This document shows, one piece after another, positions 1 to 8,659 of a DNA stretch of 64,000 bases (the first letter of the stretch is position 1; each line of letters begins with the position of its first letter). Source of the DNA: Bdellovibrionales bacterium (lineage in GTDB: Bacteria; Bdellovibrionota; Bdellovibrionia; Bdellovibrionales; CAYMLA01); contig OZ244239.1 in the NCBI GenBank assembly GCA_965217115.1, positions 576,001 through 640,000 of the forward strand, in the 5' to 3' direction. Under the pieces are notes generated by a model. The model had not been told where the DNA came from and ran no database searches. It saw nothing but the letters and a program-made list of their open reading frames with translations. The translations under genes and the position numbers were made by a program.

Positions 1-147
1 ATTTTAGCTTCTTTGGCAAGGAAATCTAAACAAAATCGCCCGTTTTTCTTTCGAACAGGAAAAAAATTCACAGCGACCCCATCAAAAGGCTCTTTTAAGG
101 ATAAGAGCATCTTGTAAAAAATACATGGGGGAGTTTTCGATTATAAT

Positions 148-486
148 GATCTCTTTATTAGGAGAGTAAAAATCGGTATCGCTCTATTTCCCCTGTGATT
201 CTTAATTTCTGTTTCCAATAGAGATTCCATTCATCAGAAGAGGTCATCATCCCTGGCTCTCCATCTGTAACAAGCCTCTCTTTAAAACTCTAAACTGACA
301 ATCTACGCAAGGGGGTAGACACCTCAAAAAACCCCAGGCACCGACAAACTGATATTTGAGCTGTTTTCTCGATGGCATGGAATATGTACTCTAAACCCTT
401 GAAATTAGCGATATCAATCTGATTTAGGAGAATGGGTCTCCCAAGGAAATAGAACGATACCGATCTCTTTATTAGGAGAGTAAAAA
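148..486. mobile_element. MITE-like element with 20-bp terminal inverted repeats, flanked by 25-bp direct repeats
   Basis: ATCGGTATCGCTCTATTTCC (172-191) is the reverse complement of GGAAATAGAACGATACCGAT (445-464) at 19/20; GATCTCTTTATTAGGAGAGTAAAAA is identical at 148-172 and 462-486; no ORF of 60 aa or more inside. Confidence 0.7.
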
Positions 487-511
487 CTCAGCTCTCGGAG
501 GTTATCTAAGA

Positions 512-1168
512 ATGAACAAATTATTCAGAATCCCCACTCTCTTATTTCCAATGTCTGCCCTCGTCTCTTCTATTCTCGTTTTTATCATACCGATGACTTC
601 ATACGGAGAGACTGGTCTGATAAAATCAAGTAACCCCCGAGAGCCGCAAATCATTATCTTTCAAGAAAACCCTGATGATAAAGATTTTATTATCTATAAA
701 TTCTGTCTCACGAGCAGAATGATCAATTGTGAGATCATTGGTGATATCAGTGGAATAAGGAAAGACCTTCTCTTAAAAGAAGCCGCAAAGACCCTCAAGA
801 TGAAGACATTCATGACGTACTTCCAACCCACCGCTTCAGTGGCACTACTCGGCGCAGGACTCGGTCTGACTGCCACCATGCCCGGAGTGCTCATTGCTGT
901 TGCGGCGGGGTTCTCAACCGCTGTAGGGACTATTTTAGTTTACTTAGAGAGCAATGATCCAGAATTCCTCTCTCAAATGTCCACGGCTCTTAGTACCGAC
1001 AGAAATGGCGTTTTTGTCTTACCAGAGGATATTTCAATAGTTCTTCTTAGTGAAAGCTTAGAGGAAAAACTAAACTCCATAAAAGAAAGGCTCTCTCAAG
1101 ATCACAGGCCCATCCTCCCCAGATATGAAGCATATGAAGCGACCCGAAGGATGATACTAAACATGTGA
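512..1168 (+). CDS. hypothetical exported/membrane protein
   Basis: 218 aa ORF, GGAGG upstream, hydrophobic N-terminus and Gly/Ala-rich hydrophobic hairpin. Confidence 0.75.
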   Translation: MNKLFRIPTLLFPMSALVSSILVFIIPMTSYGETGLIKSSNPREPQIIIFQENPDDKDFIIYKFCLTSRMINCEIIGDISGIRKDLLLKEAAKTLKMKTFMTYFQPTASVALLGAGLGLTATMPGVLIAVAAGFSTAVGTILVYLESNDPEFLSQMSTALSTDRNGVFVLPEDISIVLLSESLEEKLNSIKERLSQDHRPILPRYEAYEATRRMILNM

Positions 1169-1210
1169 TATTTTGATCTTTAGAACCCCTAAAAATAGGG
1201 CTTCTATTAT

Positions 1211-1459
1211 GATTCTTTATGACAAACAATAGTGGAGCCGTTTTTTTTCTAGAGTCTCTCCCAAAAGAATCCAGCCCTTTTCTTGCTCAAACATCCGTTT
1301 GTCACCTTCCATTGCAGGGAAATGCAATGGAAGTCGCCAAGCCAAACTCGCCGAAAAGAACTGGATTCTTTTGGGAGAGACTCTAGAAAAAAAAGCCCTA
1401 TTCAATCAATGGGTCAATGGGTCTCTTGGGAACAGTTCCACTATTTATCACAAAGAACC
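1211..1459. mobile_element. MITE-like nested-hairpin element, copy 1 (249 bp)
   Basis: 8-bp direct repeat TCTATTAT at 1203-1210 and 1460-1467; imperfect terminal inverted repeats; perfect 34-bp internal inverted repeat (1241-1274/1361-1394); second copy at 18531-19043. Confidence 0.85.
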
Positions 1460-1682
1460 TCTATTATTCCCTCACAGGGCTCCAGAACAACAATTTACGC
1501 ACAGGGGCAACCACTGTCAGACGACAGTTATAATTGCTACCCATGGAAACTCCTCTCCTTGACACGATTTTCACATCAAAAACAAAGTCCTCGGCTATCA
1601 CTTTAATTATAAACTTATTGCCATCCAGATAAATTTAAAATCTAATGTAGATGCTTATTTTATTATTAGAAAGGAGAATTAT

Positions 1683-2176
1683 ATGAAAATTGTTGTGCTC
1701 TTTTGTCTTTTTCAAATGCTTTCGCCGCTAATTATTTTGAAAATTTAGTTGGATGCTACAAAACTTTAGAATGGAACGGAACCCCGGTTGATGTTCAAGA
1801 TTCTGTGAACCTCTCTAAAATTAAAAAGGGCGACGCTCTTGCAACTTTGAATATGGATTACACAACCATGCCTGCATTTGAGATGGCTTTATTTCAGCAA
1901 GCAACTGCTGACGAGCATCGTTTCGGGTACGCATCTCCTTTTATTAATAAAGGAAGACATAAAGAGAAAAATGGAAAACATACATATCATTTTTCGGGAC
2001 TGGTACGCTACAGATCTCAACCAGAACTTTCAAGCCATCTTCAACATGTCGTAGAAGTAAGAAAATTGAAGAACGGCAATATTTGGATTAAGAATTTTAG
2101 ACAGGTGGCTAAAACAAATGAATTTGATGTCGATGAAACTTACCTTTTAAAACCAATAGCCTGTACTCCTAATTAG
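1683..2176 (+). pseudogene. exported protein gene apparently frameshifted in its signal peptide
   Basis: AAGGAG plus ATG at 1683 (MKIVVLF) is out of frame with the 157 aa ORF starting TTG 1703 (LSFSNAFAA); one extra T at 1701-1704 would fuse them. Confidence 0.6.
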
Positions 2177-2209
2177 ACAAAATTAAATATCCAATGGATA
2201 AATAAAAAA

Positions 2210-2239
2210 GCGAGAAGATCACGGCGGTCATCTTCTCGC
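2210..2239. terminator. 10-bp stem hairpin between convergent genes
   Basis: GCGAGAAGAT-N10-ATCTTCTCGC preceded by an A-run. Confidence 0.55.
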
Positions 2240-2513
2240 CCAGGGGCACAACCACTCAAAGCACCAGTCCCAGCCCTATCGGCTGAGACGAGAACTCAAA
2301 ATTCCTACTAATAATCACCAAATTTATCATCAATAGCATCGCCAATGACGCTTCCAAGACTGCTACTTTTGTCTTCTTCGGAACAAACCACCTATTGATT
2401 CATATTCTTAAAGGTGTGACAGTATTTTTCAGCCCGAGATTTAACTCCCTTTAAAATGATATACCGCGATTATTGCGAACAATGGCCCCTGCCCAGAGCC
2501 CATCCTCTGTAGT

Positions 2514-3755
2514 TTAACGGGCGCCTCTATTAGGGGGACCTAAGGTTTTCTCCCTGTGTTTTTTATTTCCTAATTTTGAGCCCTTGCAAATGTCATTTAG
2601 ATACTCAATTCCATTAAAAACACGATCTCTCATGAAAGCATACCGGCGAGGAGACCTTTTTCTTAGTCTATCGGGAGCAAATCTATACATTGCATAGGTT
2701 TCAGCGAAATCTTCCAAGGGGTCAGTATTTCCATACGTAGAGATAGTAACCCTTTTGTCAAGCTTTTTGTAGCTTTTAAAGTATGCTTTACCATCAAGAA
2801 CCTCACTAAAGCCTGAAATATTGAGCCACTCATCACCTTCGTCAAGTAGTCCATAGTCCTCCGTCTGACCCGCTCTATGCCCTATTTCATGGGCAATGAT
2901 GTAAATTTGACGATTGTCCTTATAATCATCCATCATGTTTTCATACACTATTCCTGTCGCATCGGCTATCGTAGACTCATTATGTAGTTTTAATTTATAA
3001 CCTTTTAAATAGGGGTAGAAGGTGCTGTTATGAATTGTCCTTTTATGAAGATGTTCGGGGGTAGAATTAAGAGCAGATATTATTAGTTTTAGCGTCTTCA
3101 ACCTAAACCCATTCTTATCCGCACCTATATCAGAGTATTTTGATAGTTGAATACCCTTTGTCTGTTGGGCGTGAAGAAGGTATACTCCTTTGGGATCTCC
3201 AAAAATTCTCTTAGCTGCACAAATGACATCTGAACAAAGGGGCTCTTTATTTCTGATTGTCTCTAAGTTATAAATATAATGTAAATCCCTTCTTGCTCTA
3301 TCTGCGCACATTTTTAGTTCACACTTTCTTGTTATGTACAGTGTATCTTTTTTAATTTCTTCCTTTTTTTTGTAAAAGTGGGCGCTATTAAGATGGGTCG
3401 TTATTTTTAATAACGCTTCTAATTCTCCCTGAGATGGGTTTTTCATTCTAAAACCATCGATCTCTACGTATTCCTTTTTTTCACTCCAATCCAGAGATTT
3501 TACTAACTTTTTATAACCTCTACCCAGTCGAGACAGCATTGATTTATTCTTGTCTGTAAAACTCTCTCTTAATTTTAATTTATTCCTGCCTGCAAAACTC
3601 GCTCTTAATTCTGTTTCCATTTCAGAAACAGATGGTAATTTTACGCATTTCTCTACATAAGAGTTCATCTCACCCTCCCAAACTGCCCAGTGAGCATTTA
3701 CGGAAGCCCCTTTAAAGATGATGATAGAAACTTGTAATATTAAAAAAAATCTCAT
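2514..3755 (-). CDS. exported zinc metallopeptidase-like protein
   Basis: signal-peptide-like N-terminus; HEIGH motif plus downstream YGNTDPLEDFAETYAMY. Confidence 0.8.
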   Translation of the reverse strand: MRFFLILQVSIIIFKGASVNAHWAVWEGEMNSYVEKCVKLPSVSEMETELRASFAGRNKLKLRESFTDKNKSMLSRLGRGYKKLVKSLDWSEKKEYVEIDGFRMKNPSQGELEALLKITTHLNSAHFYKKKEEIKKDTLYITRKCELKMCADRARRDLHYIYNLETIRNKEPLCSDVICAAKRIFGDPKGVYLLHAQQTKGIQLSKYSDIGADKNGFRLKTLKLIISALNSTPEHLHKRTIHNSTFYPYLKGYKLKLHNESTIADATGIVYENMMDDYKDNRQIYIIAHEIGHRAGQTEDYGLLDEGDEWLNISGFSEVLDGKAYFKSYKKLDKRVTISTYGNTDPLEDFAETYAMYRFAPDRLRKRSPRRYAFMRDRVFNGIEYLNDICKGSKLGNKKHREKTLGPPNRGAR

Positions 3756-4258
3756 TTGAAAAAATCCTCACTAAGAAAAACCTCGGTAATTCTAGGCTTT
3801 TTTGTGTGTGAGTTTGGTTTGAAAATCGAGACGCTAAAAAGCTTTCTTTCGTCAATAATTTGAGAAATATTACTGTGGGGTGTTCTGAGGTATTTTGTTG
3901 AAGCAATTTGTCTTTTATAACGATGTAATATTCTTGATTCACCTCTTGAGATCTTGTGCTTGTCGACCTTAAATTCGAGTCTCAACGAAGAGACTTGTCC
4001 ATTTTTTTTCAACCAAATAGTTGCCTTTCCATTTTTTGATTTTTGAACTAGACGATTTCCATTCTCTTCTATTTTTGCTATCTTGTTCATTAAAATATTT
4101 TTGGCAACTTTCTTATTACTGAAAACTATTGTTAAATTTGGAAAATAACTGCCCACTATGCTCTGAATATCATTTAGCCGTCCATCATCTGACAAAGACC
4201 GCTCTAATGGGTAAATGAGCAAAATAACTATTAGGGCTTGCAAAAAATAATTCATCAC
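3752..4258 (-). CDS. hypothetical exported basic protein, translationally coupled to the peptidase
   Basis: 168 aa ORF, hydrophobic N-terminus, 4-bp ATGA overlap with the next gene. Confidence 0.7.
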   Translation of the reverse strand: MMNYFLQALIVILLIYPLERSLSDDGRLNDIQSIVGSYFPNLTIVFSNKKVAKNILMNKIAKIEENGNRLVQKSKNGKATIWLKKNGQVSSLRLEFKVDKHKISRGESRILHRYKRQIASTKYLRTPHSNISQIIDERKLFSVSIFKPNSHTKKPRITEVFLSEDFFK

Positions 4259-4278
4259 TAATGAATCGGCTTATTGAG

Positions 4279-4358
4279 AACTAAACTAAACTGAACTGAA
4301 CTGAACTGAACTGAACTAAACTAAACTAAACTAAACTAAACTAAACTGAACTAAACTA
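4279..4358. repeat. pentanucleotide microsatellite (AACTR)16
   Basis: 2x AACTA, 5x AACTG, 6x AACTA, 1x AACTG, 2x AACTA read directly. Confidence 0.97.
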
Positions 4359-4410
4359 TTGTCTTGTTTGACCTTGCGCAGATTATTTCTAATGGCTCTC
4401 TAGCGCCCTA

Positions 4411-4458
4411 TGGGCCTGCCCAGATTAATCAGGCCCATTTTCTATGTTAAAATGGGCA
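4411..4458 (+). repeat. three-arm palindromic motif, copy 1
   Basis: GGCCT-N13-AGGCCCATTTTCTATGTTAAAATGGGCA; homolog at 16878-16925. Confidence 0.7.
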
Positions 4459-4589
4459 TGGTTAGGAAGTTTCTGAAAAGTATTGATGTTTTTTTTATAA
4501 TCTAAAAATGGTTTTTTAAAAAGACTTTAGGAAGTTATCAGTTAAAACATAATGATACTCAATCAGTTGGCATTGGGCCATTTTATGAA

Positions 4590-4607
4590 GTTGCTATTTT
4601 TAGCAAC
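4590..4607. promoter_or_regulatory. palindromic operator candidate for TA pair 1
   Basis: GTTGCTA-TTTT-TAGCAAC about 30 bp upstream of ATG 4639. Confidence 0.6.
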
Positions 4608-4638
4608 CTCTGTTAGGGTAATAAGTGAGATTAGTATA

Positions 4639-4965
4639 ATGAGAACGAATGATGTTTATTTGTTGGAGGTGGATGAAATTATTTTTAATCAATGCCCGTT
4701 CACCCAGATTTTAATCCCTTTGAGTCATATTAATTTTGACCAAGGAAACAGCAAAAGAAGTGAATTTTCAATAGAGCAAGTCGCTGAAATCGTGTGTCAG
4801 GTTTTAGATGGGCTTGAACTCGTACCAGACGGCGTGAAAAAAGAGAAAGAGTATTTTGTTTATTTTTTCTCTTTTTCAGAAAAATCGTTCAAGCTAGTTT
4901 TTGCAACTCACTCCCATGGCATTGAAATTGAGGTATTAACACTCCATAGACAAAGGAGGCTTTGA
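4639..4965 (+). CDS. putative toxin (RelE/BrnT-like size and layout), family uncertain
   Basis: small ORF ending FKLVF...IEVLTLHR, 1 nt before an HTH gene; ORF track starts at 4552 but 4639 follows the palindrome and TATAAT. Confidence 0.5.
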   Translation: MRTNDVYLLEVDEIIFNQCPFTQILIPLSHINFDQGNSKRSEFSIEQVAEIVCQVLDGLELVPDGVKKEKEYFVYFFSFSEKSFKLVFATHSHGIEIEVLTLHRQRRL

Positions 4966-4966
4966 G

Positions 4967-5356
4967 ATGGCCGTTAAAAGTATAAAAAAAATAAAAGAAC
5001 CTCAGGAGAAAGCTCTTAAACGAGAACAAATCCTTAAAGAGTTAGAGAAACAAGATGGCCTTGTTGGTTCCCATTCCTTAGACTCTTATGACGACCCTAT
5101 AGACAGGATTAAGTGGAGTGTTTGCCGAGAGATTCTTATTGCTAAAAGGCTTTTGGGATTATCCTCTAAGGAAGCTTCTGAGGTCATTGGTTTGGATAAA
5201 TCTCGAACCTCTGAGATCATGCACTATAAATTTGATAAATTCACCATCGACCGACTTCTCACCTGTTTTTTGAAATTTAGGAACAAGCACCCCCAGATTG
5301 AAAAAAAAGCAAAGGAGATTTTACTGACATTTTCCAAAACCAATATCGCAAGCTAG
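4967..5356 (+). CDS. XRE/HigA-like HTH protein, putative antitoxin
   Basis: LGLSSKEASEVIGLDKSRTSEIMHYKFDKFTIDRLL resembles HTH_37-type domains. Confidence 0.75.
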   Translation: MAVKSIKKIKEPQEKALKREQILKELEKQDGLVGSHSLDSYDDPIDRIKWSVCREILIAKRLLGLSSKEASEVIGLDKSRTSEIMHYKFDKFTIDRLLTCFLKFRNKHPQIEKKAKEILLTFSKTNIAS

Positions 5357-5512
5357 GGAAAACTATGACACTGATAGATGACTTATTGAAAGGAATGATT
5401 TTTCTGCCTTTCTATAGTTATATATTCATAGCAATTTCACCTAATATATGGTATTTCAACACAGCTACACCTAGTCTTCATCATTTAATCATGGAATTTT
5501 TGGAGAAAAAAA

Positions 5513-6469
5513 ATGCAAACGAGATCTTTACTATTTTGTATAACATTAAGCTTTATTCTATCAGCCTGTAGTAGCCCTTCTGAAAATTCTAACAACGTGG
5601 GACAGAATAACATTGAAGAGGCCCAGAAGAGATGGCCTGAAAAAGGACATTATTCCTACAAGTTAAGTAGGAATGGCTGCGAGACGCAGAAAAAATTTGA
5701 ATATAAATATGAGTATTGTCTGACTCTAACGGACAGCCAGTTAAATAATGGTTGTGCTTTAAAAATGCGGCAGAGAATGTATGAAAATAATTGTGGCAAT
5801 GATTTCTCTCAAGTAAACATCAAAGCTCCGTTTATATCTGGCTGGGATGCTCATATACAAAGAAATTGTGCCCTCTATGAAACAAATCAATCTTTCACAG
5901 AGAAAGAATTATGTTTCTTTTTGAAAGACGAAAGTAGGCATGATAACTGTCATTGGCAGCCAAGGAAGCAACACTTTGATGAATATCAGTGTCTGGGAGA
6001 TTTTTCCCAAAGGCCTCCAAAGGTAGAGACAGCTCCTATACCTCAGCCTCCGACATCTGATATTTTATTCAAATGTAAAGTAGATTTTTCTTGGGGAAAA
6101 GAGGAGTTAATAGTAAGAGTGGGGTCTAATGGTGGTTTGCATGCTCAATTGAAAAAAGAGAATAAAGATGACGAGGTACATATATACGGTTTGATAGTAC
6201 GAACTGCCATAGGGCTTGAGAGCGAAGACATACTCAATTCTAATTTTGCTTCCACAATTCGTATGTTTTGGAGCTGGTCTGAAGAATTACCTGGTATTTC
6301 ATTTCTTATTGAAGATGTCTTTTCTTATAAAGAGTATAGTTTAGTGGACTCTAGAGGGAGTATTAAGGTCTCGATACTTAAGAATAACAAAGGGCAAGTC
6401 CTTTTTTCTGGATATGGTAACGAGTTTTTCGAAAAAAAATCCTATCGCTTATGTAAACACTCACTGTAA
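5513..6469 (+). CDS. Cys-rich lipoprotein
   Basis: lipobox LSAC; two similar 4-Cys modules; Pro-rich linker. Confidence 0.8.
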   Translation: MQTRSLLFCITLSFILSACSSPSENSNNVGQNNIEEAQKRWPEKGHYSYKLSRNGCETQKKFEYKYEYCLTLTDSQLNNGCALKMRQRMYENNCGNDFSQVNIKAPFISGWDAHIQRNCALYETNQSFTEKELCFFLKDESRHDNCHWQPRKQHFDEYQCLGDFSQRPPKVETAPIPQPPTSDILFKCKVDFSWGKEELIVRVGSNGGLHAQLKKENKDDEVHIYGLIVRTAIGLESEDILNSNFASTIRMFWSWSEELPGISFLIEDVFSYKEYSLVDSRGSIKVSILKNNKGQVLFSGYGNEFFEKKSYRLCKHSL

Positions 6470-6641
6470 AGTAAATTGTATAAGCTATATCCCTATTTAG
6501 CTACCAAGGTTTTTGGGACCAAATAGAGTACCCTCGGGAAAAGTCTTTTTTTCGAGGGTTCCTAGAGACTTACCCTGTTTTCAATGATTTAAAGAGTATT
6601 GAACTTTTCTTTAATAAGTCAGAAGAGATATCGATAGAGTG

Positions 6642-6670
6642 TTGACTATTGGTATCATATATGATACGTT
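6642..6670 (+). promoter_or_regulatory. sigma70-type promoter with operator palindrome for TA pair 2
   Basis: TTGACT at 6642-6647; perfect 16-bp palindrome GTATCATATATGATAC at 6652-6667. Confidence 0.7.
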
Positions 6671-6685
6671 TATAAGTGAGGTTAC

Positions 6686-7000
6686 ATGCGACCATTAGAA
6701 TTGTTCACCTTGCCAAATGGCAAAGTTCCTTTTGAAGAATGGTTTAAGAAACAATCTCCAGGCGCAAGAGTCTCTATTGATAGATACGTTCAACGTCTTC
6801 GCAGGGAAGGAGCGAGTCACAACGTAAAACCTGTGGGCGATGGAGTTTTTGAAGTTAAAATTGATAAAGGTCCTGGGTTCAGGGTCTACTTTTGCACTAT
6901 TGAAAATGTTGTTATTCTCCTTCTTTTAGGGGGAGATAAATCTACTCAAAAACGAGATATTGAAAAAGCAAAAAGTTACAGGAGGTCCATTCATGCGTAG
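6686..7000 (+). CDS. type II TA toxin, RelE/HigB-like addiction module killer
   Basis: NGKVPFEEWF...VKPVGDGVFEVKIDKGPGFRVYF...LLLGGDKSTQKRDIEKAK. Confidence 0.92.
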   Translation: MRPLELFTLPNGKVPFEEWFKKQSPGARVSIDRYVQRLRREGASHNVKPVGDGVFEVKIDKGPGFRVYFCTIENVVILLLLGGDKSTQKRDIEKAKSYRRSIHA

Positions 7001-7286
7001 GTCAAAAAATTATGACGAGTTCTTCTCTGAACAGCTACACGACAAAGACTTTGCTAGAGAGTATTTACTACAGACCATGAAAGAAGATGGCCTCACTCTG
7101 GTTGAAACCCTGAAACAAATGATTCAGAGAATGGGCATCACTGAGTTTGCAAGTCTGGTAGGAAACCAAAGGGCTAACATATCAAGATTTGTTACAACTG
7201 ACGAACACCCTAGAATGGAAACCCTCAACAGGTATTTGGCTCCCTTCAACCTTCAAGTAAAACTAGATATAGAAGACGTTGCTTAG
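6993..7286 (+). CDS. cognate HTH antitoxin (HigA-like)
   Basis: GGAGG plus ATG 6993 overlapping the toxin end; LHDKDFAREYL and GITEFASLVGNQRANISRF HTH. Confidence 0.85.
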   Translation: MRRSKNYDEFFSEQLHDKDFAREYLLQTMKEDGLTLVETLKQMIQRMGITEFASLVGNQRANISRFVTTDEHPRMETLNRYLAPFNLQVKLDIEDVA

Positions 7287-7309
7287 AAAAGAAAGCAAGC
7301 AAGGTCACA

Positions 7310-7561
7310 CAGATTGAAAAAAAAGCAAAGGAGATTTTACTAACATTTTCCAAAACCAATATCGCAAGCTAGGGAAAACTATGACACTGATAGATGACTT
7401 ATTGAAAGGAATGATTTTTCTTGGGGAAAAGAGGAGTTAATAGTAAGAAAGGGATCTAATGGTGATTTGCATGCTCAATTGAAAAAAAGAGTAAAGATGA
7501 CGAGGTACATATATACGGTTTGATAGTACGAACTGCCATAGGGCTTGAGAGCGAAGACATA
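7310..7561 (+). repeat. internally deleted duplicate of 5294-6232
   Basis: 7310-7421 matches 5294-5405 and 7413-7561 matches 6083-6232; junction is the shared GATTTTTCT. Confidence 0.93.
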
Positions 7562-7699
7562 ACCAACAACGAATATCAATCAAAAGACACTGATTTCATC
7601 TCACCCGATAGGCACAGTGACATCAAAAATGCCATGAAGGAGTTTCTGACCGCCACTGTATTTTAAAGAAATTCAGGGGGAGGGCTAAGAATGAGCTTG

Positions 7700-8506
7700 T
7701 TAGAAATAGCCCACAAGAGAAATACCAAAACCACTAGCATTCGTCTCTAGAGTCTCTGAAGTGTCTTTAACCTTAAAAGGCACCGATACTACACCATAAG
7801 ACAGAGTTATTCCAAAATAATCCTGTTGCGTAGGAAAAAAAGTGACTCCGACTTCAAAGGATTGACCGATACCAGACAACTCAATATTGCCTTCTATTCC
7901 TTCTTCCTCTCTCTCAATTTGAGCTAATGAAACTTCTATAAATGGAATCAGATAGTTGCCAGATTTATTCTCTATTAAGAATAGAGTCCCATGTATACTC
8001 TTCGCAGTAGAACTAGATTCTTCTGTTTTCTCTCCCGTTATAAAGCCTCCAAATCCAAAGAAACCATTGTTTTTACTTAGACCTATTGCAAATTTTGAAA
8101 TGCTCGATGTTTCAGAAACTGAACCAATTGAAGCATTAGCCAAAGATGAAAAAAACCGTACATTGAAATAAAAACTTCTACTGAAAACATTGTTTTTCCT
8201 TTGAAAGATTGCTCCTTCTCCAATGTCCCCTCTGTTAGCGCACGAAGATGTATCTATAATAGCCAAAAGTTCTTTCTTCTTCTTTAATAAATGAATTACT
8301 TTGGCCAAACACTCATCTTCAAATTCATCAATATGAGAAAGTGTATCACCTTCTATTAGATTACCAACTCCACTGACCACAACTCTCTTCTTATTTTTAC
8401 TAGCACCTTTTACTAAAATTTGAGCATGACTTGACAGGACACAACACAGTAGAACAAGACCAATTTTAATTGTTAATCTAAGAAAAACCATCAAAATTTT
8501 CTCCAA
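7700..8506 (-). CDS. putative outer-membrane beta-barrel protein
   Basis: signal peptide, amphipathic beta-strands, C-terminal GFGISLVGYF. Confidence 0.7.
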   Translation of the reverse strand: MEKILMVFLRLTIKIGLVLLCCVLSSHAQILVKGASKNKKRVVVSGVGNLIEGDTLSHIDEFEDECLAKVIHLLKKKKELLAIIDTSSCANRGDIGEGAIFQRKNNVFSRSFYFNVRFFSSLANASIGSVSETSSISKFAIGLSKNNGFFGFGGFITGEKTEESSSTAKSIHGTLFLIENKSGNYLIPFIEVSLAQIEREEEGIEGNIELSGIGQSFEVGVTFFPTQQDYFGITLSYGVVSVPFKVKDTSETLETNASGFGISLVGYF

Positions 8507-8582
8507 ATATTATTATTTTCTCTTAACCACTCCACTACCAGCAAGGTCCGCTTGAGAAGCTTTGGGCAAGCTTGTCTGAAAT

Positions 8583-8659
<77 letters not shown>

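Noticed and set aside
1..110. Minus-strand open frame MLLSLKEPFDG... running off the edge
   Set aside because: Too short to support without flanking sequence
373..387. TGGCATGGAATATGT as a sigma54 promoter
   Set aside because: Has GT rather than GC at the -12 position
1217..1606. ORFs 1283-1606, 1299-1562, 1217-1405 and the similar 18622-18822
   Set aside because: They arise from the palindromic element and diverge once outside the shared part
5365..5571. 68-aa ORF after the HTH gene
   Set aside because: No recognisable motif and overlaps the lipoprotein start; not supported, though not excluded
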